64,000 nt of DNA from Bacteroidia bacterium. GTDB taxonomy: Bacteria; Bacteroidota; Bacteroidia; J057. Location of the stretch: positions 518-64,517 of the forward strand of contig JBGCFB010000148.1 of NCBI GenBank assembly GCA_045106685.1, given 5' to 3'. Shown here one piece after another: positions 17,549 through 28,600 of the stretch. The notes under the pieces were generated by a model. The model did no database searches and had not been told where the DNA came from. It saw nothing but the letters and a program-made list of their open reading frames with translations. Every line of letters starts with the position of its first letter. Position 1 is the stretch's first letter. The position numbers and the translations under genes were made by a program.

Positions 17549-18243
17549 TAAAAGCCTTTCAATATTTTTTCAGCAACAAAAAGATCCTCTGGCGTGGTGA
17601 GCTTGATATTATCATAACTTCCTGCGCAAATCGTCACAGGCTTTCCAGTCGCTTCATACAGACTTGCGTCATCAGTAAAGCGATTGTGAGGACGATTGCG
17701 ATAAGCCTGGAGTAGGGGAGAGAAGGCGAACGTTTGGGGAGTTTGTACATGAAAAAAACGACTGCGATCCACAGCCTGACTGCCTCCATTTGTTACTTCC
17801 CGGATAGACGATTTTACTGCTACACAACATACTGATGCACCCTGAGCTGCTGCCGTAGCAAAAGCTTCATCGAGTAATCGGGTATGGATAAAAGGACGAA
17901 CAGCATCGTGTATAGCGACGAGGTATTCGTCATGCGCTTCGATATGATTCGCAAGCGCTTCCATGCCATTATGAACAGAATCACTCCTCTCAGCTCCTCC
18001 ATCACACAGTATAATGCGTTGGCGTTCGGTTTCAGAGAGGTGTTGTTGTGCCAAATCTGCCCACTGACTTTGGCTGCCGGTATGCATGACCAGCACGATA
18101 GGCATGCTGCTATCATAGCCCAAAAAGCGCTTCAGGGTGTGCACCAGAACGGGCACACCCTGAAGTGTTAGAAATTGTTTAGGAATTTTGGTTCCCATGC
18201 GGGTTCCAGTTCCTCCGGCCACAAGTATGGCTGCATGTTTCAT
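17548..18243 (-). CDS. ispD: 2-C-methyl-D-erythritol 4-phosphate cytidylyltransferase
   Basis: The N-terminus AAILVAGGTGTRMG...PKQF is typical and the length is 231 aa. The start overlaps the queA stop by 1 nt (TAATG). Confidence 0.9.
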   Translation of the reverse strand: MKHAAILVAGGTGTRMGTKIPKQFLTLQGVPVLVHTLKRFLGYDSSMPIVLVMHTGSQSQWADLAQQHLSETERQRIILCDGGAERSDSVHNGMEALANHIEAHDEYLVAIHDAVRPFIHTRLLDEAFATAAAQGASVCCVAVKSSIREVTNGGSQAVDRSRFFHVQTPQTFAFSPLLQAYRNRPHNRFTDDASLYEATGKPVTICAGSYDNIKLTTPEDLFVAEKILKGF

Positions 18244-19295
18244 TATACAATAAGCATAGCGTCACCGTAGGCATAGAAGCGGTACTTCTCTTTGATTGCC
18301 TGCTGGTATGCTTCCATGATCAAGTCGTAACCTCCAAAGGCTGCTGCCATCATCAACAAGGTTGACTTAGGAGGGTGGAAATTGGTTAGGAAGGCGTTAG
18401 CGATATTGAACTTATAAGGAGGATAAGGGAACTTGTCCGTCCAGCCTTGATCGCTGTTGAGCATTTTGCTCGCAGAAACAGCTGACTCAAGTGCACGCAT
18501 AACCGAGTTTCCTACGGCAACTACACGGCGCTTGTCATTCTTCTTTTGATTAACAAAATCAGCGGTGTCCTGATTAATCACAAAATACTCAGAAGTCATT
18601 CTGTGCTTAGAAAGGTCCTCTACCTCAACCGGCTGGAAACGACCTATGCCGATGTGAAGGGTGATAAAGTCCTGATCAATACCTTTAAGCTCCATGCGCT
18701 TCAAAAGCTCACGAGTAAAGTGAAGACCTGTAGAAGGAGCTGCTACAGCACCAACATGCTTGGCAAAAGTAGTTTGGTAATTGTCTCTGTCGTCCTTCTC
18801 TACTTCACGTTTTTCAATGATGTAAGGAGGGAGTGGAGTTTTTCCAAGCTTGTCAATCAATGCCTTGAGCTCTTCTTTCTCTCCGTCAAAAAGGAAGCGG
18901 ATTGTACGACCACGTGAAGTGGTGTTATCTACAACTTCTGCAACAAGTGAGTTTTCTCCAAAATAGAGCTTATTACCAACTCGGATTTTACGAGCAGGCT
19001 CTACAAGTACATCCCAGAGCTTTTGGCGGGTAACGAGTTCACGCAGAAGAAATACTTCGATCTCTGCTCCGGTTTTTTCTTTTTGACCCACCAAACGTGC
19101 TGGAAAAACTTTGGTATCGTTAAACACAAACAAGTCGTGTTCATCGAATATATCCAGGATATCCTTAACCTGGCGATGTTCGATCTTCCCAGTATCCTTG
19201 TGCACAACCATCATTCTGGCTTCGTCACGAGGGGTGTGGGGGCGAAGTGCAATCAGTTTCTCTGGAATTTCCAGTCCAAACTGAGAGAGTTTCAT
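18243..19295 (-). CDS. queA: S-adenosylmethionine:tRNA ribosyltransferase-isomerase
   Basis: MKLSQFGLEIPEKLIALRPHTPRDEARMM resembles the QueA N-terminus and the protein ends ...YGDAMLIV. I moved the start from 19358 to Met22 (19295, 350 aa) because a -7 box lies inside the longer ORF. Confidence 0.92.
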   Translation of the reverse strand: MKLSQFGLEIPEKLIALRPHTPRDEARMMVVHKDTGKIEHRQVKDILDIFDEHDLFVFNDTKVFPARLVGQKEKTGAEIEVFLLRELVTRQKLWDVLVEPARKIRVGNKLYFGENSLVAEVVDNTTSRGRTIRFLFDGEKEELKALIDKLGKTPLPPYIIEKREVEKDDRDNYQTTFAKHVGAVAAPSTGLHFTRELLKRMELKGIDQDFITLHIGIGRFQPVEVEDLSKHRMTSEYFVINQDTADFVNQKKNDKRRVVAVGNSVMRALESAVSASKMLNSDQGWTDKFPYPPYKFNIANAFLTNFHPPKSTLLMMAAAFGGYDLIMEAYQQAIKEKYRFYAYGDAMLIV

Positions 19296-19355
19296 TGGCT
19301 TGTCGATGGCGGTATTCTTAAAAAGATAATGTAGCAATATTGCCGAAAGCGACTG

Positions 19356-19363
19356 CAAAAATA
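19356..19363 (-). promoter_or_regulatory. Candidate TAnnTTTG -7 box for queA-ispD
   Basis: The minus strand reads TATTTTTG, 61 nt upstream of ATG 19295. Confidence 0.4.
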
Positions 19364-19427
19364 GGCTCCAAAACCCGTATTTTCAAATACGCTTGACTTG
19401 TGTGACAAAGTAACTGTAATTTTGATC

Positions 19428-19745
19428 ATGGACAACAAAGAACAAAACCAGGCTCCTCAACTAAATGTAGAGGTTCCTGCCGAAATCGCCGGAGGCGTAT
19501 ATTCTAATTTAGCGGTCATTTCTCACTCTAATGCAGAGTTTGTTATGGACTTCCTTCAGGTGATGCCTGGAGTTCCAAAAGCAGAGGTTCGCACACGTGT
19601 TATTATGACTCCCTTTCATGCAAAACGCTTTCTTCAGGCGATGGCAGACAATGTCGCCAAGTTTGAAAACAACTTTGGTTCAGTAGATACTGGAAACAAC
19701 CCTGGCGGCCCTCCTACATTTGGTGGCCCTACTGGTTTCGCTTAG
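19428..19745 (+). CDS. DUF3467-like small protein
   Basis: GVYSNLAVISHSNAEFVMDFLQVMPG is the conserved core I associate with DUF3467. I moved the start to ATG 19428 (MDNKEQ...). Confidence 0.65.
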   Translation: MDNKEQNQAPQLNVEVPAEIAGGVYSNLAVISHSNAEFVMDFLQVMPGVPKAEVRTRVIMTPFHAKRFLQAMADNVAKFENNFGSVDTGNNPGGPPTFGGPTGFA

Positions 19746-19878
19746 GGAGCCCTTCGGGTATTGAAGTATCTTGACTTTGTCTCGATAGTGAAGCTTTAAC
19801 ATGTAAGCATTGATTACAGGTTAGGCATTGTTAGTACCCATTTAGTATGTATTAAATAGGCCAGGATATACTACCCTG

Positions 19879-19908
19879 TGTAGCGAAAAGGCATGCCTTT
19901 TCGCTACA
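19879..19908. repeat. 30-nt perfect, loop-less palindrome
   Basis: TGTAGCGAAAAGGCA|TGCCTTTTCGCTACA is symmetric about the 19893/19894 junction. Confidence 0.9.
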
Positions 19909-20041
19909 GCCGAACACCCCAAAGGGGCCTTTAACATGAATTGTGATAGCCTCTGTATTACACGATATTTTATTTTTGGTACAAATAAAACCTAAGGCCA
20001 TTCCTCTTCACCGGATCGCAGAGTGATCCGCTTCATTTATG

Positions 20042-20142
20042 ATTATCACGGTTGGTTTTGTATCGGTTGCTAACCTCTGTCAGCGCTTTAAGCATAGTGG
20101 TGAAGCGCTGACAGAGGTGGCAGCAACCCCAATCGTGATAAT
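20042..20142. repeat. Palindromic REP/MITE-like element, family 2, copy 1, with an extra outer stem
   Basis: ACCTCTGTCAGCGCTT (20073-20088) pairs with AAGCGCTGACAGAGGT (20103-20118). GGTTGC/GCAACC shoulders are at 20065 and 20123. The outer pair is ATTATCACGGTTGG (20042) with CCAATCGTGATAAT (20129). Confidence 0.85.
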
Positions 20143-20191
20143 GCTTATTAAAATCGCAAAGCGATTTTGCTCTTTTCGCGAAAACTTTTCT

Positions 20192-20199
20192 TACATTTG
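20192..20199 (+). promoter_or_regulatory. Candidate TAnnTTTG -7 box for rpsA
   Basis: TACATTTG ends 5 nt before ATG 20205. This argues that translation may start at ATG 20253, which is preceded by AGGAGA. Confidence 0.4.
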
Positions 20200-20204
20200 C
20201 GGCC

Positions 20205-22424
20205 ATGTCTGAAATCCAGGAAGGATTTCGACAAGAAAGGAGACCAAAATGCATGAATGAAAATCTTGAAAATCAAAGTAATGAAGTGGTGGAGTCCGCT
20301 GAAAACCAACTCCAGGAAACGCTAACTGCTCCCGAGGCCCCTGTGGCTGCTATCGAAGAGGATGATGACGATGATTGGTGGAAAGACGAAGACGAGTATT
20401 CTACGTCTGAGTTCAAAGAAATGGAGACCCTGTACAACAGTACGCTCCGTGAATTCCACGAAAATGAAATCGTCGAAGCCAAAATTGTACGAATTGGGGA
20501 CAAAGAGACCATAGTAAATATCGGTTTCAAGTCTGAAGGCATTATCCCTAATTCTGAATTCCGTGACACACCGGATATCAAGCCAGGTGATGACATCGAA
20601 GTATTCATCGAAAGTGTTGAAGACAGCGAAGGTCAGCTCCAGCTCTCACGTCGCCGTGCCAAGCGCATGCGCACATGGGAAAAAATCAACAGTGCTCTTG
20701 ATGAGGACGTCATCCTTAACGGTATTGTAGAACGCCGTACTAAGGGTGGATTTGTTGTTGATATCGCAGGCGTTGAGGCATTCTTGCCAGGATCACAGAT
20801 TGATGTGAAGCCTGTTGAGGATTTCGATGCGTATGTAGGTAAGACAATGGAATTCAAAGTTGTGAAGATCAACCAAGCGTACGAAAACGTGGTTGTTTCA
20901 CACAAAGTACTCCTCGAAGCAGAACTCGAAGAGCAACGTCAGAAGATCCTGGAGAACCTCGAAAAAGGTCAAGTCCTCGAAGGCGAAGTGAAAAACATGA
21001 CCAACTTTGGTGTGTTTATCGACCTTGGTGGCGTAGACGGCCTTCTTCACATTACTGACATTTCATGGGGAAGAATCAACCACCCAGAAGAAGTACTTGA
21101 GCGCAAGCAGAAGGTACAGATTGTGGTTCTTGATTTTGACGAAGAGAAGAAGCGTATCAGCCTCGGCATGAAGCAGCTTACTCCTCATCCATGGGATTCA
21201 TTGCCAGATACTATTTCAGAAGGTACTGTTGTAAAAGGTAAAGTAGTTACTGTTGCCGATTACGGAGTATTCCTTGAAGTAATGCCTGGAGTTGAAGGAC
21301 TTATTCACACAAGTGAGATGTCCTGGTCACAGCACGTTAAGAATCCATCCGAGACATATAGTGTTGGACAGGAGCTTGATGCAGTTGTATTGAACATCGA
21401 TCGCGAAGATCGCAAGATGTCACTTGGCTTGAAGCAGCTTTCGGATGATCCTTGGTCTAAAGTACCAGAGAAATTCCCTGAGGGTAGCAAGCACACTGGA
21501 AAAGTTCGCAACATGACCACTTACGGTCTTTTTGTTGAGCTTGAAGAAGGTGTTGACGGATTGGTTCACATCTCTGACCTATCATGGACACGCAAATACA
21601 ATCACCCTTCTGAGTTTATCAAAGTAGGTGAAGAACTCGAAGTTTCTGTTCTTTCCATTGACATGGAAAACCGTCGCTTGAGCCTCGGCCACAAGCAGCT
21701 TACAGAAGACCTTTGGGATACCTTTAGCGATATCTTTAATGTTGGTACTGTTCATAAAGGAACCATCAAGAAGATTGACAATAAAGGTGCACGTGTAGAG
21801 CTTGAGTACGGTGTTGAAGGATCAGTTCCTCCAAATCACCTCAAGACGCCAGAAGGATCTGATGATCTTAAGGCTGATGATACAGTAGAGTTGATGGTAA
21901 TCGAATTTAACAAAGATGCCAAGAAGCTAGTACTGTCTCACGCTCGCACATGGCAGACTGCCGAAGAAGCCGGACCAAAACGTTCTCGTAGCCGCGGCGC
22001 CTCTGGCGGTGGTGGCGGCGGAAGCGCAAAGTCTCCTCAGCAAACAACTACTACTTTGGGTGAAATCGACGCACTTGCTGCATTGAAAGCTCAAATGGAA
22101 GCTGCTGAAACTGGTGATGAAGCAAAGCCAAAAGCGAAAGCCAAGAAGGCAACTAAGAAAGCTAAAAAAGCAACTGAAGAAGTAGCAGAAGCAGCCACTG
22201 AAGTAGCCGAAGAGGCAACAGCAGTAGTTGAAGAAACTACCGAAGCAGTAGCAGAAAAAGCTACCGAAGTTGCTGATGATGCTAAAGCAGCCGTTGAAGA
22301 AGCCACTGAAGCAGTAGCTGAAGTAGCAGAAGACGCAAAAGAAGCTGTTGCAGATGCAGCGGAGGAAGTAGTTGAAGCTGCAAAGGATGCAGCAGAAGAC
22401 GCAGCCGACGAAGCAAAAGCATAA
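20205..22424 (+). CDS. rpsA: 30S ribosomal protein S1 with an acidic N-terminal extension and a ~150-aa Ala/Glu/Lys-rich C-terminal tail
   Basis: Six S1/OB repeats are present, for example LEGEVKNMTNFGVFIDLGGVDGLLHITDISW. The tail is low-complexity: ...KAKAKKATKKAKKATEEVAEAATEVAEEATAVVEE.... An alternative start is 20253. Confidence 0.93.
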   Translation: MSEIQEGFRQERRPKCMNENLENQSNEVVESAENQLQETLTAPEAPVAAIEEDDDDDWWKDEDEYSTSEFKEMETLYNSTLREFHENEIVEAKIVRIGDKETIVNIGFKSEGIIPNSEFRDTPDIKPGDDIEVFIESVEDSEGQLQLSRRRAKRMRTWEKINSALDEDVILNGIVERRTKGGFVVDIAGVEAFLPGSQIDVKPVEDFDAYVGKTMEFKVVKINQAYENVVVSHKVLLEAELEEQRQKILENLEKGQVLEGEVKNMTNFGVFIDLGGVDGLLHITDISWGRINHPEEVLERKQKVQIVVLDFDEEKKRISLGMKQLTPHPWDSLPDTISEGTVVKGKVVTVADYGVFLEVMPGVEGLIHTSEMSWSQHVKNPSETYSVGQELDAVVLNIDREDRKMSLGLKQLSDDPWSKVPEKFPEGSKHTGKVRNMTTYGLFVELEEGVDGLVHISDLSWTRKYNHPSEFIKVGEELEVSVLSIDMENRRLSLGHKQLTEDLWDTFSDIFNVGTVHKGTIKKIDNKGARVELEYGVEGSVPPNHLKTPEGSDDLKADDTVELMVIEFNKDAKKLVLSHARTWQTAEEAGPKRSRSRGASGGGGGGSAKSPQQTTTTLGEIDALAALKAQMEAAETGDEAKPKAKAKKATKKAKKATEEVAEAATEVAEEATAVVEETTEAVAEKATEVADDAKAAVEEATEAVAEVAEDAKEAVADAAEEVVEAAKDAAEDAADEAKA

Positions 22425-22446
22425 GCTTTCATAACATACTTTTTTG

Positions 22447-22476
22447 AAGGCCACCCTTTACGGGGTGGCCTTTTTT
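22447..22476 (+). terminator. Intrinsic terminator of rpsA
   Basis: AAGGCCACCC (22447-22456) pairs with GGGTGGCCTT (22463-22472) and is followed by the T-run 22471-22476. Confidence 0.85.
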
Positions 22477-22535
22477 CATTCACAGGCAAAAAAGGTCCAT
22501 TCACAAGATAAAACCCGTCCTTCCCTAAAAAGTGC
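22477..22535 (+). promoter_or_regulatory. Conserved upstream element, copy A
   Basis: CATTCACAGGCAAAAAAGGTCCATTCACAAGATAAAACCCGTCCTTCCCTAAAAAGTGC. It matches copy B at 56 of 59 positions and ends 73 nt before ATG 22609. Confidence 0.6.
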
Positions 22536-22608
22536 ATGGGAAAAAGAAGCATTCAAGGCTATTTAGCATCGTGGGAATAACCCTCGCATTCTACAATAAC
22601 GATCTGAT

Positions 22609-25600
22609 ATGCTTTCTTCTTTGACTCAAAAATTGATTGCTCAAAAATCTGCTCTTCTCTTCATTTTTTCATTCGTGCTTCTTGCAGTGCCGGGTTTCAG
22701 TGCTGACTACTACTGGGTAGGTGGTTCTGGAAATTGGAGTGACCATAATAGCCACTGGGCTACCAGTTCTGGCGGAAACTCATTCCATCTCTCTGTTCCA
22801 AGTCCTGTCGACAACGTATTCTTCGATAAGCATTCGTTCACCGCCACCGGTCAGACGGTTACGATGGATGTGAATGCTTTTTGTTCCAATATGACCTGGG
22901 ACTCTGTGAGGCATGAACCAACCTTTAGTGGTGCAAGCCTTGAGTTAAAAGTTGGAGGCGACTTTTCAGCACTAAAAAGCCCCTTCACCTTTATACACAC
23001 TGGAAACACATTCCAGGTAAGTGGTGATTTTATCGTCACATCGTCTGATCTTCATCTTCAAAAGAGTGATGAGTTTATTCTGATGGGCGACTTTGTTTCG
23101 ACTGCCTCTGCTGACTCTCTCCAATTTGGAGGATTTGATGGTCTGTCAGCAACGAAGATTGCCTTGCATGGCTCATTGATTTTATCGCCAGGTACACGCC
23201 TGTCAGCAAGTAGGAAACTTGAAATGCTATCTGCAGCCATTGATACGGTTGACCTTGCTGGCAATACGCTCAGCATGGATATCGAATTTAATAATGCTGC
23301 TGGAACCTGGGTACTCAAAAGCCGCTTCCAGACGGAGAAGATCATCTATATTCAAAACGGAACCTTCAAATCAAATGGTTTTAATATTCAAACCGAACAA
23401 GATATTAATGCATACTATCATCAACCTTCACTAACGGTAGACCTTACCGGGACTGATAGTGTCATCGTGGGTAGAACATGGCTCATGCATCCTGTTCCGA
23501 CATTGATTGTAGATGATGCCGTATTTTATATGATAACAGATGGGGCACGCGCTAACTCAGCCTTTTATGGAGGTCATAATGATTATAACGATGTCTACAT
23601 CGATTTTGCGGATGCTGCCAATCGTAGAATGAACTTTTCCGATAACAACACTTTTAAGGACGTTACCTTTCTCGCAAGCTCATCTTCAGCCAGTAACTAT
23701 CTCACATTCAATCATTCAAGTCGGTATGACCATATCGTCATCGCTGACTCCGGAAGGAATACATCTGTAACCTTTGCTGGGGCAGCAAGCCAATACGATC
23801 ATGTAGAGGTTAATGTATACGGTGGTGGCTCGGTGAACTTTTCAGCGGCTGATAGCGTGGGTGACCTTTCTATTTTTATGGGAGAAGAACAAGGAGCGAT
23901 TGTTTCTAACCTGTCATTCGGAACGGGCATTGATTTTTATAAAGACATAGAGGCCGAAATAGTAGGTGAAGGTACGGTGAAGCATACAGGTACTTCAAAC
24001 TATAAAGGGTTCGAACTACTTGCTGGCGGTTCTACTACTGTGCAACATCTTGAAAATAGAGGAGTTGGAGAAAATACGTTTCGTAGTTATAAAATGATGA
24101 AAGGTGATCCTGCCGCCATTTTTGATGTAACAGTAAGTAACAAGAGCGTATATGATACACTTCTGGTACCTGGTGGTACTTCGCTCACCCTTGACTCAAC
24201 GGTCGAGCACATTATAAACGAGCATTTAGTTCTGGACGGCGATGGAGCCAATATCATTTCCCTGGAAAGTACGAAATCCGGACAAGCGGCCATCATTACC
24301 ATGGGAAGTAATTCCACGGTTCAAGCGGGTTTTCTCTCCATCAAAGACAACCAGATTACGGGCGGCCCATATACGCCTGTTAATTCTATCAATAGAGGGA
24401 ATAACACGGGATGGGACTTTGGAACAGCAGCGACCGGAGGTACTTACTATTGGATAGGCGGGACAGGGCAGTGGAGCGATCCTAGCCATTGGGCCGTTAC
24501 CAGCGGAGGAGCACCGAGTGGTTCCGTTCCTTTTAATCTTGACAACGTTGTCTTCGATGCGAACTCATTTTCTGCACATGATACCGTTACGCTGACTGCA
24601 TCAACAACCGTCAATACGATGACCTGGGAAGCAGGAATCGCGGATAAGCCACGGTTTTACATCGAGGATGATTTGATCTTACTCGGTGATTTATTGGTAC
24701 AAGACTCGATGACATGGGATGCTATGTTTAGCCTCTCGACGATTGCAGGTGATGCAAACCTCACGGTAGGAGGCGATATTATCATCCATGAAGGCGTCAA
24801 TTGGAACCAGTCAGGTGTCGTATCGTTACTTACAGACTCAAGTAATGTAACCATCTCTATTCCTCACGCTATAGGCCACAGCATTGAGCTAGGAACGCCA
24901 ACGTCAGTAGGTAACCCCTCCTGGAATTTGGTTAGCGACTTGGAGATTGATTTTTGGAAAAATAATGCCCAGGGACGCAAACGCTATGGTGTCAGCTTGG
25001 AAAATGGAAACTTTAATACCAATGGTAATAAAATCCATGCAGGTAATTACTGGAATGCAAATTCTGGGAATTTAACCCAATTAGATATAAGCGGTACCGA
25101 TACGGTATTTGTACACGATGAATGGCTCGTTGATACCTTTGCAACAGTAACTGCCGGAAACGCAACTTTTGTCCTCTCAAACCCTGATCCGATATTTAGA
25201 AGCTTTTCCTTCAACGGAGGTCGGAATAACTATGAACATCTTTACTTTTCTACCCATCAGGCCTACCGGGATCCGAACCATTCGATTAGTATAGAAAATG
25301 AGGGTCAGGTAAAATTTGTTTCGATCTACGAAGAAGGAAACAAACCCTCGATCGCTTTCAAAGGAAATAATCACTACGATAGCATTAGGATTGTTTTGGA
25401 TGGAAACGCGAATAAAAATATATCCTTTGGAACTCAAGCCGCTGACAAAACTACGTTTGGTAATATCCACGTGGAAGCCGAGGGTGGTACATCAACTGTG
25501 AATGTTAGAAACGACCCTGATGGAACCCCTATTGATGATATTTATCTCGACTTGGGAGAAAAGGGAACCGTGGCATTTGGTGGAAAAGTTGCTGTTGCAG

Positions 25601-28600
25601 GTCGTGTGAGGGCTTTTGCCGAAGAGGACATGGATATTACCGTGCAGGATACGAGTAGCTTTACTGATGTATCCATGGCAGTCTTGGATTTGGCCTCGGG
25701 CGAAGCGCCAGGCTTTACGATTAATTCGGCCACGGTTTTCGACAGTTTGCTCTTGCCATTTGGTACGGTGCTGGGACTTCCTTCCAATCAGGAAATCACA
25801 ATCAAGGAGCACCTGGAGATTAAAGGCGTTTGTGGAACTAATGCAAGTATCCTAGGGCATGGAACCAGCAGCATCAATATGGTTGGAAGCGCCACGGTTA
25901 TAGCAGATTTTGTAGAACTTTCCGACCATCAAATTACCGGCCCAAATACATACTCGGCTTCTAACGCTACCGATCTGGGCAATATTTCCGGCTGGGTCCT
26001 TGGGTCGACTAATACAGGATCGGACTATTATTGGGTAGGTGGAACTGGAAACTGGAGTGACCCCGCCCACTGGGCGTTGACCAGTGGAGGAAGCCCCAAT
26101 CCATGTAGCCCTGGCGTATTGGACAATGTGTATTTTGATAGCAATTCGTTCACCGGCGCTTCCGAAATAGTCACCTTGGACGTTCCGGCAGAAATTAAAA
26201 ATATGCTCTGGACGAGTTCCGTGCAGCATACCCCTCGTTTTTCAGGTTCGAAAGAATTGATCGTACAGCGTGATTTGAAGGTCGAGGCACCGATGCTCTG
26301 GGCTTTCGGAGGAACGCTGATTTTGAGAGGAAGTGTTGAACTTAGCCCAAATGTTTCGTTTTCTCAGAGCGGGCTTACAACTTTTGAATCAGATTCGACG
26401 AACAATGTGATTGACCTTGCCGGGAAAGCTTTCATTAATACTGTTACATTCAAAAGCGCTACAGCTGGACATAATCCGGTATGGAATCTAAGGAGCGATT
26501 TTTGGCTCAATAGTCAAGGCCAATATGCAAGATCGGTATCCTTTGTGAATGGCTCCTTCATCTCAAATGGTCATGCCGTTAATTTCGGTGGAGGAATAGT
26601 ATTGACAAGTAATAATACCCCTAAACTGCTTGACTTCACGGGGACAGATTCAATCTACGTCAGCTCACAGTGGAACATGGGGACGGCAACTAGCTATGCG
26701 GACCATTCGCTCATTATGGGAAATGCTACCCTGGTATTTAGAACATTTTCCAGACAATCCATGGCTTTTTATGGTGGAGATGAAGTCTATAACGATATCG
26801 TGATGGATCATTTCTATTCCAGCGATAGAGGAAATTATGTACTCCTGGCCGGCGACATTTCTGTCACAGACCTATATATAAGAAGTAAAAGTTATAGAAG
26901 GATTTTGTTCAATACACATGCTAGTTATCGCGATGTATTTGTCGAGTTAATAGATCCTAGCGCCTCTGGCAATAAGACCCTTTCTTTCACAACAGCAAGT
27001 TATAGCAATAGCTTTCGCAATTTTACCTACACAAATCCCTATCCCAATCAGGTACTTTTGTTAAAGGGAAATATCAGTGCAGAGACAGTAAGCCTGAGTT
27101 ATGGCAATACCGTTCGTTTTGAAAACAGAGACACGCTTAGACTTAAGCAGCTACTCATCCCAGGCGATTGCCAAAATTTGACAACAATCAAAAGCGACCG
27201 ATCAACGTCTCCTGGCAAAATCATCGTAACTGGAAATGATAGCATTAAACTCGACTGGGTTACGCTTCAGGATATTCCTGTCGAAGGCCCTAAGCCAGGA
27301 GCTTACATCGCCTCAAATGCCATTACTATAGGAGATATTACGGGCTGGGATGCCTCTCTCATCCCTGATCACACCTTCTACTGGATAGGTGGAAGCGGAA
27401 GTTGGGATGATCCTCAAAACTGGTCTATATCCAGTGGAGGCCCTGCCTACGGCTGCGCCATCCCTGGTCCGGCAAATGATGTCGTATTCGATGTGAACTC
27501 ATTCCCGAATGACAATATGCAAGTGACTTTCTACACTGCCAATATCGAATGCCACAATATGGTATGGAATACCGGTGATAGTAGCATGACCTTCACAGGA
27601 AATAAAACAATCAAAATCTACGGAAGCCTGCAGGTAAATAGCCCGCTTCTATGGAGCGTAACCAATCAGCTATATGTGTACGGTTCATTTATTCTAAACT
27701 CACAAGTTGATTGGCAGCAAAAACACTACACCAATTTCAATGGTGACAACCCCAATAACATTATCGATATGGCTGGGAACGAGTTTCTCCATTTGGCCAT
27801 ATTTGATGGAGAGCAGGCTACCTGGACACTGCAAGACGATTTTATCATTGATGATGTAACGACTACAGGTGCTTATTTTCTGATTCGTGCAGGAGAGTTT
27901 GTGTCAAATGGCTACGACGTTGACGGGGGATATCAAATGTATTTGGAGGCTAGAAATAACAACCGCACCATTTTGGATTTCACCGGAACTGATACCATCA
28001 CTGCAAGGAGAGGTTGGTATGTGTTGAGAACCAATATCCAATTGACTTTGGGCTCGTCGGTCATTTTGCTTGAAACTGACAAAAATGAAGACATATACTT
28101 TAATGGGCTAGGATATACCTACAATGATGTACTCCTCCGTCATATTGGCTCTGACAATCGCAAGGTTGTTGTCAATGGAAATAATACGTTCAACAATCTG
28201 GTAATCAGGATGATAGAGCGGAAGGATGTTACCATTAATGGTAATAACACCAGTAACAGCATAGACCTCCTTTATAACTACAGTGTTCCTGCCAGTCCAC
28301 CCCTGCTATCGGTGACTGGAACCAATACCGTTGCTAACTTTTCCATACAGTCTTTGGGAACGCAAGGACCAGCACCAGCACGATTCACGCAGGATAATAC
28401 CTTCGGTAGCTTCTCGGCTACGGGTCGCGGCACGCGCCTCGAATTTGGCGCAGGCAAAACCCAGACTGTCGACAACTTCGTGATTCTCGGTACTGGTAGT
28501 TTCCCAGTATTGATGAACTCGACGACACGCGGCACGCAGACCACCATCAGCAAAGCGAACGGCGATGTCTGTCTTGACTACGTTTGGCTTGAGGATATCA

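Noticed and set aside
20033-20254. 73-aa minus-strand ORF upstream of rpsA
   Set aside because: It spans the family-2 hairpin and the rpsA promoter and start region. It has no coding signal.
21927-22552. Long minus-strand ORFs (175 and 153 aa) opposite the 3' end of rpsA
   Set aside because: They are antisense shadows of the Ala/Glu/Lys low-complexity tail. Their composition is Cys/Phe/Ser-rich nonsense, and they overlap a confidently called essential gene.
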